This document shows positions 1-11,981 of a stretch of DNA of 64,000 nt, one piece after another. Position 1 is the stretch's first letter, and every line of letters starts with the position of its first letter. This DNA is from Felis catus (Eukaryota), in the NCBI RefSeq assembly GCF_018350175.1, contig NC_058368.1:134852001-134916000 (forward strand), written 5' to 3'. The translations under genes and the position numbers were made by a program. The notes under the pieces are model-generated. The model was given only the letters and a program-made list of their open reading frames with translations. It was not told the DNA's origin and searched no databases.

Positions 1-103
1 TTTTTTCTCACTGTATTGACCCACAGTGAATTGTTTCTTTGTTGTTCTCATTTGAATTTTCTCCTGATTGTTTTGGTTTCTCTTAACCTGAAGCAGGTCT
101 TTT

Positions 104-331
104 CTTTTTAAAAAATTTTTTTATTAGTTTTCTTTATTTTTGAGAGGCAGAGAGAGAGACAGCGCGAGTGGAGGAGGGGCAGAGAGAGAGAGGGAGACAC
201 AGAATCCGAAGCAGGCTCCAGGCTCTGAGGTGTCACCACAGAGCCCGATGTGGGGCCCGAACTCATGGACCATGAGATCATGACCTGAGCTGAAGTCGGA
301 TGCTCAACTGACTGTGCCACCCAGGCGCCCC
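104..331 (-). mobile_element. Can-SINE (SINEC_Fc-like)
   Basis: Reverse complement of GGGGCGCCTGGGTGGC head, (CT)n body, A-rich tail. Confidence 0.95.
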
Positions 332-334
332 TCT

Positions 335-556
335 TTTCTTTTCTTTTTTTAAATGTTTTTATTTGTTTTTGAGAGAGAGAGCGTGCCTTCAAGCTGGGGA
401 TGGGGGAGAGGCGAGAGAGGGAGACACAGGATCTAAAGCAGGCTCTGTGCTGATAGCAGAATGCCTGATGTGGGGCTGGAACTCAGGAACTAGAAGATCA
501 TGACCTGAGCTAAAAGTCAGATGCTGAACTGACTGAACCACCTCGGCAGGTGCCTC
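335..556 (-). mobile_element. Can-SINE, older diverged copy
   Basis: GATCATGACCTGAGC core, T tail on + strand. Confidence 0.9.
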
Positions 557-595
557 ATCCTGAAGCACACCTTTTCTTTAAAACTTCTCCTAACA

Positions 596-800
596 GGGAC
601 GCCTGGGTGGCTCATTCCGTTAAGCATCCGATTTTGGCTCGTGGGTTCAAGCCCCACATCGGGCTCTGTGCTGCCAACTCAGAGCCTGGAGCCTGCTTCG
701 GAGTTTGTGTCTCCCTCTCTCTCTGCCCCTCCCCTGCTCACACTCTTTCTCTCTCTCTTCCTCAAAAATAAACACTAAAAAAAATTCTTTTAAATAATAA
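596..800 (+). mobile_element. Can-SINE with internal deletion
   Basis: GGGACGCCTGGGTGGCTCA head, lacks the AGGTCATGATCTC segment, CT-rich body, A tail. Confidence 0.9.
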
Positions 801-819
801 AAATTCTCATGAAAAACCC

Positions 820-962
820 TGTAACTATGGTGATGGATGTTAATTAGACTTCCTGTGAATGATCATTTTGTAACATAAACAAATATCAAATCATTATGTT
901 GTTGTTAATAACAACATATATAAGGTTATATGTTAATTATACCGCATTTAAAAAAAAAAAAA
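820..962 (+). mobile_element. Old L1 3'UTR end (L1MA/MB-like) with poly(A)
   Basis: gtaactatggtgatggatgttaattag...tatgttaattata followed by an A run. Confidence 0.65.
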
Positions 963-974
963 TCAGGCTTTTTT

Positions 975-1120
975 AGCCCCAGCGCACCTGTCCACTACTC
1001 ACTAGATGCCAGTAGCGTTGTCCCCAAGTTGTAACAATCAAAAATGTCTCCAGATATGGCCAGATATCTCTTGGGAATTCAGGTGGGGCAACAATTCAAA
1101 ACCCCAACTGAGAACTACTA
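975..1120. mobile_element. MER20-like hAT DNA transposon fragment
   Basis: cactagatgccagtagc...gttgtaacaatcaaaaatgtctccaga...tgagaac motif. Confidence 0.7.
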
Positions 1121-1599
1121 AGTTAAGGGAGAGATGAGCTGGGAAGGGGACTCCATTCCATTGGGAGGAAGGCTGAAACGCTAGAGAGCTTACTAGTTAC
1201 CTGTCCTGAGCAGACTCAGTGAAAAGGGAGGTTGCAGAGGGATGTCAACTCTCCCATCCCAAACCCAAAGATGGTGTAGTTCTCGCCTAGCTCACCACAA
1301 AAGTCATCACGTGACCGATGCCTGTGGCTCTTAGAAGAGCTTGTTAGGATGGTTATAATGCAGAAAAGGGGATTTGCAGAATCATAGAAGCTCCAAGGAG
1401 CCTTAGAAGCTACAGTAACAGAAAATAAAATCTATGTCAGCAACTCTAGTGGATTTGACATAAGGTGAGCTTATCCAATGACTATTCCCAAGACTTGAAA
1501 TAAGATGATTTTGTTCAAAGGCTATAAAATGCTCTTTGGAATACATCTCATGTGTTCAGGAAGGTCTTAGGAGAATTAACATTACTCTAAGGTTTTTTA

Positions 1600-1745
1600 T
1601 AGCTCAGTCCACAAACATTGAGCAAGCACGTCCTATGTGCTGGGCCCTGAGGGGAGCAGGAAGAGCAGGAAAGAGCCGCAGCCCATGACTTTGAGGTGCT
1701 CTCAGTCTAGCAGGGAGACATTTAATTACCGTACCATCTGGGAAG
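1600..1745 (-). mobile_element. L2 3' fragment
   Basis: aaacattgagca...ctatgtgctggg...gctctcagtctagcagggagaca. Confidence 0.55.
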
Positions 1746-3483
1746 TGTCATGGAAGAGACGTGGCCCTCCCTTGAGGGAGGGCCCTGCAGAATCCTGAAC
1801 ATCTTACTATCTAATAGCACATCGCCAAATGGTATTGCATTCTTTATGATGAGCAAATGAAGTAATTTTCATTTTCTGGGCAAAGAGACCTAGTAAATGG
1901 AGTGTACAGGGTGCGAAGGGTATGGGGTCCAGCAGCTTGTGAATTGGACAGAGGCTGTGGAATGTTCCTCGAGTGATGCGCACACAATTTCTAGTAGTTG
2001 CGTTCCTTCTAATGTGGATCCTTTATGCAAAGACGTAATATTGTCTCTGCCACCCTTGTTAGAGATGCGGTAAGTCCGCAGGTGGTTCTCTGTTGGACAC
2101 TTAAATGACATAAGCCTTTACCTCTCCACTTCCTGAGATTAATAATTCTTTTCCTCCATTTCCCCTACCACATTTTCTACCAGATGGAATTTTCTTAGCT
2201 TCATTGGTGTTGCGTGATTCTTTTGTCAATTCTGCCTACATAGTGGGGCGCGTTGGGTCTATGATAACGATGTGTCTAAAGACTTTAGGTAACTTCAGTT
2301 TCAACCCGGAGTGATTGATAGTATCACACTCCCTTCATGGCTCTCCAGGACACCACCTTCTCCTCCAGCTCGAACACCTTGGACTGAATGGATTCCTTCT
2401 CATTCTCTCCGAGGCCACAACCTAATCCAGTCAATCACCAGGTTATGTTAGTTCTTGATCATGTCTCACACATTTCTAACCGTTAAAATTGGAATTGCCA
2501 GAAGTGTTATTTTCACTTCCAGAAGCGCCCTTTTCCAACTTCTTTTTAACACCACAATTAATAAAGCTGTTGAAAAATGTAGCATTTTGCTCATCAGCTT
2601 ACCTTTTGCCCATTGAGTACACACATCTCCAGACACTCTTCCTCAAGGTAGCCGTCACATCACTGGGTGTGCAGTCCTTCAGCAGCAGCTAGATGGTTCT
2701 CCTCAGATCTAGATGCCTGTGGTCCATCCTGCCCCAGCATCCCCTCTTTCTGCTGGACATGGTACCTTTTTCTACCCTGAGTACTCAGAGTGGTTTGGGT
2801 TAGTATCACCCCATTATTGAATTGCCTGACCTCTTTTCCAGCTGAGGAATTTACTGGACAGATGTGCTTGTCTTCTCTTTGTTCTGAGCTAGTTCAGTGC
2901 CCACAGGTTAGATGAGTCATATCCTAATCAGAATACTCTGTCAGAATTGGGGGGAGCGTTCTAAAAATGTTATAAATATTTTTGTGACTATTCTTGAGAT
3001 TGACTGTTAAAATTCTGTATATCTTACTGTTTGTTCAGACACTCTCTTGAGCTAAATATATATTAATTGTGAGATGCAGTATTTAGCGACTCAAAATTTA
3101 GGAAACTTAATGGATGTGCATTTTATGCTTTCCTGTGGAGGTTTTAGGAAGCATTTACTCTGATTAGCCATCCCTAGACAGAACTCTTCTCAGAGCAGAA
3201 GCACCCTCCAGAAGGTATTTGGAAATATTTGCGGGGCTACTTTAGTTTGCCAGGGCTTCCATGACAACCTTCCACAGACTGGGTGGCTTCAGACACAAAC
3301 CTGTCTTCTCACTGTTCTTGAGACTAGAAGTCCCAGATCAAGGCCGGTTTGGTTTCCTCTGAGGCCTCTCTCCCTGGTGTACAGATGGCCACCTTCTCAC
3401 TGTGTCCTCACACCGCATTCCCTCCGTGCATGTACTCCTGGCATCTCTGTGTGTCCAAATTTGCTCTTCTTACAAGGATACCA

Positions 3484-3640
3484 GGGGCACCTGGGTGGCT
3501 CAGTCAGTTAAGCGTCCGACTCCAGCTCAGGACATGATCTCGCAGTTTGAAAGTTCAAGCCCCGCGTCAGGCTCTGTACTGACAGTGTGGAGCCTGTTTG
3601 GGATTCTTTCTCTCTCTCTCTCTCTCTCCGCCCCTCCCGG
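3484..3640 (+). mobile_element. Can-SINE, tail-less
   Basis: GGGGCACCTGGGTGGCTCAG head and CT body, no A tail. Confidence 0.9.
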
Positions 3641-3695
3641 GCTCATCCCTAATGGCTTCATTTTAACAAAACCACCTCTTTAAAGGCCCATCTGA

Positions 3696-3880
3696 AGGCA
3701 CATGGGTGGCTCAGTCGGCTAAGTTTCCAACTTCAGCTCAGGTCATGATCGCAGGGTTTGTGAGTTCAAGCCCCGCATCGGGCTCTGCACTGACATTGTG
3801 GAGCCTGCTTGGGATTCTCTCTCTCCCCCCTCGCTGCCCCTCCCCCGCTTGCTCTCTGTCAAAACAGATAAAAATAAACT

Positions 3881-3921
<41 letters not shown>

Positions 3922-3922
3922 A
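3696..3922 (+). mobile_element. Can-SINE with (TAAA)n tail
   Basis: Head, body and tail; degenerate TSD aaggccc(c/t)atct. Confidence 0.92.
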
Positions 3923-4297
3923 GGCCCTATCTTGAAATACACCTTCTGAGATAGTGGGAGTTAGGGCTTCAGCATATGAATTCAGCTCATAATGGGAACA
4001 TTGTTTTTCTGTTGTTGTCAACCCAGAGTCTGGGCCTGTGCCCCTGGCATCCTGGGGAGAGGCCATCATGCTAAATGCTTATAACTTAAGGGGTGGACTT
4101 CCACAAAGAAAAATTGTTCTGTTTGAAATGCCAGGAGCAACCCCTGTGAGAAACCCTGCTGATAACCACTGAAGTCTTTTACATCTGTCCTCATACTGCT
4201 TACGTTTCATGTGTCACAGTTTAGTCACACATACAGAAAATTGGCCCTGCCGATGCATACAGTGTTTGAAATGCGTTTTAAAATGTTTCTGTCCTAG

Positions 4298-4429
4298 ATG
4301 CCGCCTCCGTGGACTTGGAAATGATCGATGTGCAAGTTTTAGGAGACGCTTTCAAACGCTATCTTATGGACTTACCGAATCCTGTCATTCCAGTAGCCGT
4401 TTACAATGAGATGCTTTATTTAGCCCAAG
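4298..4429 (+). CDS. PIK3R1: PIK3R1 exon 5 (BH/RhoGAP domain), 132 nt
   Basis: cctag|ATGCC...CCCAAG|gtttgt; translates (D)[43 protein letters not shown], matching the p85-alpha BH domain. Confidence 0.97.
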
Positions 4430-5243
4430 GTTTGTTTTCTCTTCTGAAAACCTCATTGAATATACAGTGAGATGTGGATGCGCGTGTAAACTCTATGAAA
4501 CGCTGCCTGTAAAGAGAGCTGTTTTGGAAAATATTAGTAGGAATCTGCCGCTTCCCTGACACCCTCTCCTTTGGCACAAATTCCCTCCCTTCCCCGGGCG
4601 TCCAATGGAAGACCCAGACCCTCGTTTGCTTAGGAAGGCTGTCCACATGTTGAAATGGCTAATTGTTAACCTTTTATCAGTACTAACAAAGTTCACTACG
4701 TCACTGAAGGCCACAGTGTTCCAAGTGCCATCTTGGGATTCAGGGAACCAGGGACTAGGACCGTTGACTAGCGATGTTCTTTCCTCGAGGGGCCATTACA
4801 AAATGTGTTGAGAGAGGAGGGCTCTCAGGCTTAGGAGCCTAATGCTCAGTTCAAGTGCTCTGGGGACAGGAAATTGTGGTTCGGAACCTTCAAAGTTAAA
4901 CTGTGTGATACTTATCTGATGCTCCTCTGAATTAGCCAATCACACTGAGAGCTGCTCAATAGAGGGCAGATCTCTGCCAGCACAGCCTCATCCTCTTGTG
5001 GTTTTTTACACCAAAAGTTTCTTGCATTTCCATTTGACTTGAGATTTCTCCTTTCTCACAAAGCCTTTTGTGATGAGAACAAACGTGCTGTCTGCTGCTC
5101 CTGATGACTTTGTTTTAAAGGACTTGTTCTTCTGTAGCTAGAGCAGAAGAACGTTCTAGGTGTTGAGCTACTGAGATCTAGAGTCTCTTACTCTTTTTCG
5201 CTTCTTTCTTTCTTTTTTTTTTTTTTCTTTTTAAACTCTGTAG

Positions 5244-5445
5244 AAGTACAAAGCCCTGAAGAATATATCCAGCTGTTGAAGAAGCTCATTAGGGCACCTA
5301 ACATACCTCATCAGTATTGGCTTACGCTTCAGTATTTGCTAAAACATTTCTTCAAGCTCTCTCAAATCTCCAGCAAGAATCTTCTGAATGCACGAGTACT
5401 CTCTGAACTTTTCAGCCCTCTGCTTTTCAGATTCCCAGCAGCCAG
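5244..5445 (+). CDS. PIK3R1: PIK3R1 exon 6 (BH domain), 202 nt
   Basis: Long polypyrimidine tract, tgtag|AAGTAC...GCCAG|gtaagg; [41 protein letters not shown]...[10 protein letters not shown]. Confidence 0.98.
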
Positions 5446-5651
5446 GTAAGGCGAAAGGAGAGAAGCATGTATTTTGGGGTGATGGGGACAGTCCTAAGGG
5501 GATCGATTGATCATTGACCTTATTCTGAAGATACTCGCTCACAGATTCATGGGCACGTTTACACCAGACACGTTGACTTGAATGTGTAGGAATGAAGATG
5601 AGTTCGTTGTTGAGAAAAAAAGGTTTCTAATCAAGCTCTCTGTTTTTGTAG

Positions 5652-5731
5652 CTCTGAGAATACTGAACACCTCATAAAAGTTATAGAAATTTTAATCTCG
5701 ACCGAGTGGAATGAACGACAGCCTGCACCAG
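5652..5731 (+). CDS. PIK3R1: PIK3R1 exon 7, 80 nt
   Basis: tgtag|CTCTGAG...CACCAG|gtaatg; [26 protein letters not shown]. Confidence 0.98.
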
Positions 5732-8125
5732 GTAATGCCTTTTGGGTTTCTCAAGTTTTCTCGTGGTTCGTTTTTTAGAGCCTGAAAAATGGTGGCTTTA
5801 GAACCCCTGTGGAGTAACAGAAGTTTCTTATAGAACGAGATCCATAACGTTTTGCCTTGGGATTTAGAGACACAATGGCTGAGTGGTATCCTATATGGTA
5901 AATGTTATCTGGATTTCAGTGTCTGTGGATTTTAGATGACCTCCGTCTTAGACGAGGGTTGTTGGGAGTGCTCCCCCTTCCCGTCAGCTTTGATGCCTCC
6001 CGTTGTTGCATAAATTACGGGGCTCGTTTTAGTTGTTGACATTCTTGTTTTTCTTTCTAATACTTCTAAAGTAGGGGATTTATAATTACTATATAATTTC
6101 AAGTATTTTGGAATGTGTGTTTTGGAAGCAGGTATGCTGAGCAATGTCTGTCAAAATAAACATTTTCAATAATGCAAGCAGTATGAAACCAGGGTGTTCA
6201 CTGCAGCAAGTTTGAGCAAGCCAGACACTTCTTTGAAAGCAGGCTGGCGTTCAATTAGCCATTTAACAAAGCAGGAAATGTAGACCATGTTAGCAGTGGA
6301 TTTAATTTAAACTGATGTATTTTTCTTCTGTGGAAAGTCTAAACAACCTTCCTTTGCCATATACTGATTAGAAGTTAGCCAACAGAAGCTGGTCATTTAG
6401 CATAACGATTCGGGTCCAGTAAGTGAAGTTTCAGGACCAGTCAAAATGTGGCTTGCATCTTAATTTATGCCCAGAGTTAAAATAAAACACCATGTATTTA
6501 CTCTTCGTTATAGGTAACTCATACAAACTACCAAATTTGTCTCTGGATAAACAGGCATAGGGACCCACTGATCAGTGTTAATTAAGCAAGGGGAAATTAA
6601 GTTGTGCTTTTATAGGTGTTAAATAGCCAGGCTTGGTTGTTCGCAGTGGGATGGTGCAGATTGCGAGAGGCAGGGCTTAGGCTTGAAGGATTGAAGGATG
6701 TGAGGATTGAAGGATGGCATAGGTAACCACTCACGAGGCAAGTATTTGGAAGGGCTGCTGTGGGCAGGCTCAAAATATGGTATCCAAAGGTAAGAGAGGC
6801 AGCGGAAATAGTATATAGGGCAAGTGTGGTATGTTCCAAATGTTCCAGATCACAACAAGCAGGATGTTCAGTGGGGATACTCTGAATTGTAGGTGAATGG
6901 CATCAGAGCAGTGTGTCAACAATAGCCAAGGACTTTAGCCCAGAGGGTGGCCAGAAGGTTCATCTCATGTAACTACTTGGGGCACTTGTTAATGGATTTG
7001 GGAACTCTTTGTTGGTGTTCAGAGGCTGCCTTTTGGCTCAGTATGAAAGAGTCCGTGGTCGGTTGTTAAAGGTACCCTGTGATGCGGGGACAGGGGGCAG
7101 GTGTGAAACGTGGCACTTGAGTCCTTTATTGACTAGTCCCCACCCCAGACTAAACACATGGGCGGGGAATGGAGAAGACTAGTAACAACAAAACAGGACC
7201 CTGGGCCAACGGGCGGGGCTGTGCTCTCCCACTCCCTCCTGGCCCATGGTGTACATGTGGAGGTTTGTCTCAGAGGAGGGACAGCTGAGTCCCGCTTGTA
7301 GAAAGGGCCAGAGGTGGTGCCCCTCTTCTCAGTGCCCGCCCCTCTGGACACAGGGAGGTAGGAGAGCTAACAGCGAGACAAGGTTTGATAGATACCCACC
7401 AGTGAATTTAACCGGAGTATCTTAAGAGTATCTCCTACATACCTGGGAGAGTCACGGGTGGAGTTTAATTAGTCTGGTGTAAGCTGGTTAAACGTCCTTA
7501 TCCGTTTCAGCGCGATTCCACCGAAGAAAGCATTCACGTTCATCCATTTTCGTTATGCGCGCTTCGGACCGCCTGCTGTGTCATAGACCCTGGTACATTC
7601 TTTCAAGAAAGTGGTGTGCCAGTTTCCCAGGCGGGTTCGTTCTATCAGCGCTGTTGAATGGTGAACACTGCACTGAATGTTTCCGAGACCATCCCAAGAT
7701 TCATGCAGCCTCTTAAAGAAAATTGAACCCAAGTAATCTCTAAACCCTAGTTTGAGCTATTTTTCCCTCTGTGTGGTATCTCTCAGCTATTGGAAGGAAT
7801 GTGTAGGCCCTTTGGAATGAAATAGAGGCTTCACTGTCCCTCACTTGTGGAAACACACCACCTACTTCAGGAAGAACGTCGTCCTGAAACACCTTTGTAT
7901 TCGGGGGTGGCTTTGCTGCAAATGATTGGCAGGGCACTCTTGGTTAGAGAAATGATTTCTCAGGCCTGGTGGGAATCCGACATTTTCCTCGAGTCCTTCA
8001 TCATTGCCCCAGCATGTGCTATTACCAGAGGGGTCTGGAAACGCAACACCAGTGCATCTCCATTGAACAGTCTTAAATCATTCATTTGAACTGCCTTTAT
8101 TGTTGTGAATAGAAATAAGTGCTTG

Positions 8126-8337
8126 GAGGGGAGCCTGGGTGGCTCAGTTGATTAAGCATCCAACATCAGCTTGGGTCATGATCTCAAGGTTCATGAGTTT
8201 GAGCCCCGCGTCAGATTCTTTGCTGACAACTCAGAGTCTGGAGCCTGCTTCGGATTCTGTGTCTCCCTCTCTCTGCCCTCCCTTGCTCGCACTCTCTCTC
8301 TCAAAAATAAAAATAATCATAAAAAAAAAAAAAAAAA
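8126..8337 (+). mobile_element. Can-SINE
   Basis: Full structure; degenerate TSD gaaataagtgcttg / gaacgaagtacttg. Confidence 0.93.
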
Positions 8338-8772
8338 GAACGAAGTACTTGAATGATTTTAGGGGGGGAGACAGGGAAGCAAGGCTATCATGTAATAGAT
8401 AGGCATCTTTTGTAGTTTTCACCTGGTAAAACTTGAGGTGATAGGCAAAACTGATGATGACTGAGGCAATGTGTCAATTCCTGTAAGACCATTAGCACAC
8501 AGTATCTAAGTGCTAGGCTCTAGGGTGCTTACTCTGAATATAAAAAGAATGTTAGAAATGTGATGGGTACTTGGTAGGGTAACTGAGTAGACTGAAAAGG
8601 CTTGTAGAAAAAAATAGGACTTGAAATGGGCTTGGAAGAATTGCTAGAGTTTGAAAAGGGGAAGAGGAAATAGTATTCCAATTCGACGAGGTTCAGAGGT
8701 TTAATCAAAATAAGTTGCAAAGTACAAAAATAATGGCTGGATACACCAGATTTGAAGAGGTAGTAAATGTTT

Positions 8773-8997
8773 GGGTTTTTTTAAATTTTTTTTTAACGTT
8801 TATTTATTTTTTTGAGACAGAGAGAGACAGAGCATGAACGGGGGAGGGGCAGAGAGAGGGAGACACAGAATCGGAAACAGGCTCCAGGCTCTGAGCTGTC
8901 AGCACAGAGCCCGACGCGGGGCTTGAACTCACGGACCGCGAGATCATGACTCGAGCAGAAGTCGGCCGCTTAACCGACCGAGCCACCCAGGCGCCCC
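8773..8997 (-). mobile_element. Young Can-SINE (SINEC_Fc-like)
   Basis: CpG-rich, consensus-like; perfect 16-bp TSD GAGGTAGTAAATGTTT at 8757-8772 and 8998-9013. Confidence 0.97.
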
Positions 8998-9414
8998 GAG
9001 GTAGTAAATGTTTTCAATGACAGTGTCGTGGAAAGCATCATTTTAGAGTCAAAGGCATAGTCCAACGCTTCATTTGCTCAGTAGGAAAGTGAAGCGCCCC
9101 CAGAGGTTGAGAGCTCTCCCTGGTGCTACCCAAGCAGCGTGTGCCCAAGCTAGGTCTGCAGGGGGGACCTAGTCCTGGACCCCAGCCTGCTGCTTGGTGC
9201 TGCACCTGCTTCCTGGGTTTTGGGAAGCTTCATGAGCAATGGGACCGCTTTTAGTGTCTAGTCCCAAGTCCTCTGAGGTTTCCAGTAAGAAAGAAACTAA
9301 AGATAGATGATACTGGCTTCTATGGGTCCCCATATAGTGGGGAGCCCCACGGCGGTTGTTACAGCTTTCGGGGCTAAAACTCAGAATCGCTCCGTCCGCC
9401 TTGCACTGGTAAGA

Positions 9415-9572
9415 ACAGTGAGTCAAATAGATCTGCTTTGACTCAGCTCTTGCTACTCATTTGCCAAGTTCCTATCAAGTAAGTTAGCCATTCCAAACTG
9501 TTTTTTAGTCTGTGAAATGGGAATAATGCCTCTCTCTTGGGGTGGTTGTGAGATGTAAATGAGGTGATACGT
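9415..9572 (+). mobile_element. MIR
   Basis: tctgtgaaatgggaataat...ggttgtgagatgtaaatgag core. Confidence 0.7.
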
Positions 9573-11756
9573 ACTGCTGCTCACCACCCTATAGCCTATC
9601 TCTCCTGTGGCCCAGCTCTGGTTTTTAAGGACCTCTCAGAGCACCTCCCCCCCACCCCCATTCTGCAGCCCCAGCTCCCGAGTCCTGTCATACCCTTCTG
9701 TCCACTGAGCCCCCATTCCCAGCCAGCAGAGCCAGGCCACCAGGTACCTGCCTGGGCTTCACTGCTAATCTGCAAAAGACACCCTCTCCCTTGGCATTTG
9801 CTGCTCCATGGCTGCACTGCTTGGCGGGAGGAAGGTACCTTATTTAGTATGATGCCCTTTCCACTGTGTGCGGCTTGGTGAGTAGAGGGGCCTGGATTGC
9901 AGTACCAGCTGCCCCTGCCACATGCCCTTATGCAGTGCACAGAACGCACAACTGAACACAGCGCCCCTCCCCCCCGCCCCGCCCCCAGCAGTCCCATCCA
10001 CTTCATTTCACAAGTAGGTCTCTCCCTGCTGGGTGTGCAGTGTAAACCCATTCAAATAGGTCTATGCCCTTAACCCCTTGTCTTCTTAAACTTCACTTTT
10101 CTGTGGTGCTTCCTGTTCTTTTCATCTGCTCAGCTACATTCCTCAAGGGCAAAGGCTGCTTCTCCTGTTGAGCTCCTCCTAGCACAGAATGAAGCACAGC
10201 ATAATAAAGTTTGTAAAAACGTTTTGATAAACTAACCAACTTTCAACACGCTTTGGCACACCCACTCATTGAATGCATCCAGCAAAACTGAAGCAAGGAT
10301 CTTCCCTATGTTTGGAGGGAAACTAAGGTTTGAAAGGTGGAACAGAGAGTAAGTTCTCACAACTTTGATAGTCTGCTGTTCCCTTTGTTACTAAAAGTCT
10401 TACAAATACCTGAAGCTGAACAGCAGGTTTTCTTGAATCATTACGTGCTATGTTTACCCTACTAATATTTAGGTAGCTAAAGCAGCTTTCTATAGGGCAG
10501 CTAGGGTAAAATTGGGACCATTTCACACAGGGTGCCTTTGAATGAAACCCATTATAAGTGTATTTACATATTTCAGATTTCATGGGTATATTCAGAAATA
10601 TTAATGCAGCATAATTGAAGTCTAATATTGCACCCTCAAGCCCAGAGTGGAAAATAAATGACTCTTTTTCCCTCCTGCCCCTTCTACACCTGTCAGAGTT
10701 AATGTTTAACCACTGGCGCATTGCAAAACATTCATCCTGAAGAGCCTGATTCATAAATCTTGTTTTAAATGCACTGGGCTTGGTTTTCAACCAAGACTAA
10801 AGCAAGCACTAAGGTAGAGGGAAATGACTTTCAAAGAGTTTTACTTTTCTCTGATTTATTTTTTATTGGGTTTAAAATGTGGTCTGACATTAGAGGGTTG
10901 TTTCAAAGGTGAGAAATGAAACCTTGAAAAAACTTCATATATTTAGATGGGTTGGAATAAACAGAGAGGCAAGCCATACTAGGTTTTATCATGAAATAGG
11001 AAGTTTTGTTTGTGCTCTGAAAAAGAAACCCATGTCAGGGTGTATATATTGGTGGGGTAAAGGTCAACTTTTGTTTTCACAGTGCTGTCTTCTCTTTCTC
11101 TCCAAGGACAGCATCTGAGAGGGAAGGAGTGCTTTATTCTGCTGAGCAACGGTCCCACCTTTTATACATTTCGTAGAATGTAGCCTATGTAAATCTGGAT
11201 TTATTTAGAAGTTCAAATGGACGTTTTCCTTAGTGCAGGGTCATTAAGAGCACTGGATATGGAGTGAAGAATTTGCATCATACTGAAAGGCTCTTCTGTC
11301 CTAATTCGTGTTAAGTTAAAATTATGAAGGGAGGTATTCATTTAACCCTTAAACGAAGATTTGGGTTCGTTTATTTTTTCCTTCTCACTGCATTTTTTTT
11401 TTAAAGAAGTTGTGCAGGGTGCAAGCTGGTTGTGGGATAGTCACTGTCTGATGGCGATGTGCACATGGGAGATAGTGTTCAGTGTATTCTTTCAAACGTA
11501 TTTTAATGATTAAGGATATTTTTCCTGACAAGATCACACCTGCTGAGAAATGAAATGTGGCCTCTTTTTGCCTCTGAAATGAGTTTTACAAAACTTTGAG
11601 GAAAGGAAAAGTAGTAAGACATAGTGTTTTGAAGACTCCACAAGTAAAGTTAGTTTTCAGTTACATGTGTAAGTTTTCCAGTGTGGCTGAGTCTTTGGGT
11701 CTCCAATAAATGTTGCCATTAAAATACAAGTTTTTTTTTAAAAAGGGCTTAAAGAA

Positions 11757-11921
11757 GGGGCACCTTGGTGGCTCAGTCAGTTGAGCGTCCGACTTCGGCT
11801 CAGGTCATGATCTCACAGTTTGTGGGTTCCAGCCCCACGTCGGGCTTTGTGGTGACAAGTCAGAGCCTGGAGCCTGCTTTGGAATCTGTGTCTCCCTCTT
11901 TCTCTGCCCCTCCCTTCCTCT

Positions 11922-11955
<34 letters not shown>

Positions 11956-11981
11956 AAAAAATAAACATTGAAAAAAATTTA
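11757..11981 (+). mobile_element. Can-SINE
   Basis: Perfect TSD AAAAGGGCTTAAAGAA at 11741-11756 and 11982-11997. Confidence 0.96.

Larger units (their letters stand above)
3238..3990. mobile_element. MLT1 (MaLR) LTR interrupted by two Can-SINEs, itself inside a degraded hAT MER element (~3185-4160)
   Basis: ccacagactgggtggctt...gaagtcccagatcaagg...tcttacaaggatacca, resuming after each SINE. Confidence 0.75.

Noticed and set aside
1763..1784. Perfect hairpin GGCCCTCCCT-TG-AGGGAGGGCC
   Set aside because: Short, deep intronic, beside an L2 remnant; too small for a pre-miRNA and no functional context.
108..4069. Recurring ORFs of the form WVAQSV...SAQVMIS...SLEPASDSVSPSLS, here and across the window
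   Set aside because: Translations of Can-SINE sequence, not a gene family.
5241..5246. TAGAAG tandem (NAGNAG) acceptor at exon 6
   Set aside because: A distal AAG after a proximal TAG is usually weak; no further support in the sequence.
10323..10790. 155-aa antisense ORF in intron 7 (also the 151-aa ORF at 9596-10051)
   Set aside because: No recognisable homology or splice structure; length is within chance range for a 64-kb six-frame scan.
11757..11830. tRNA-like A and B boxes
   Set aside because: These are tRNA-derived heads of Can-SINEs, not tRNA genes.
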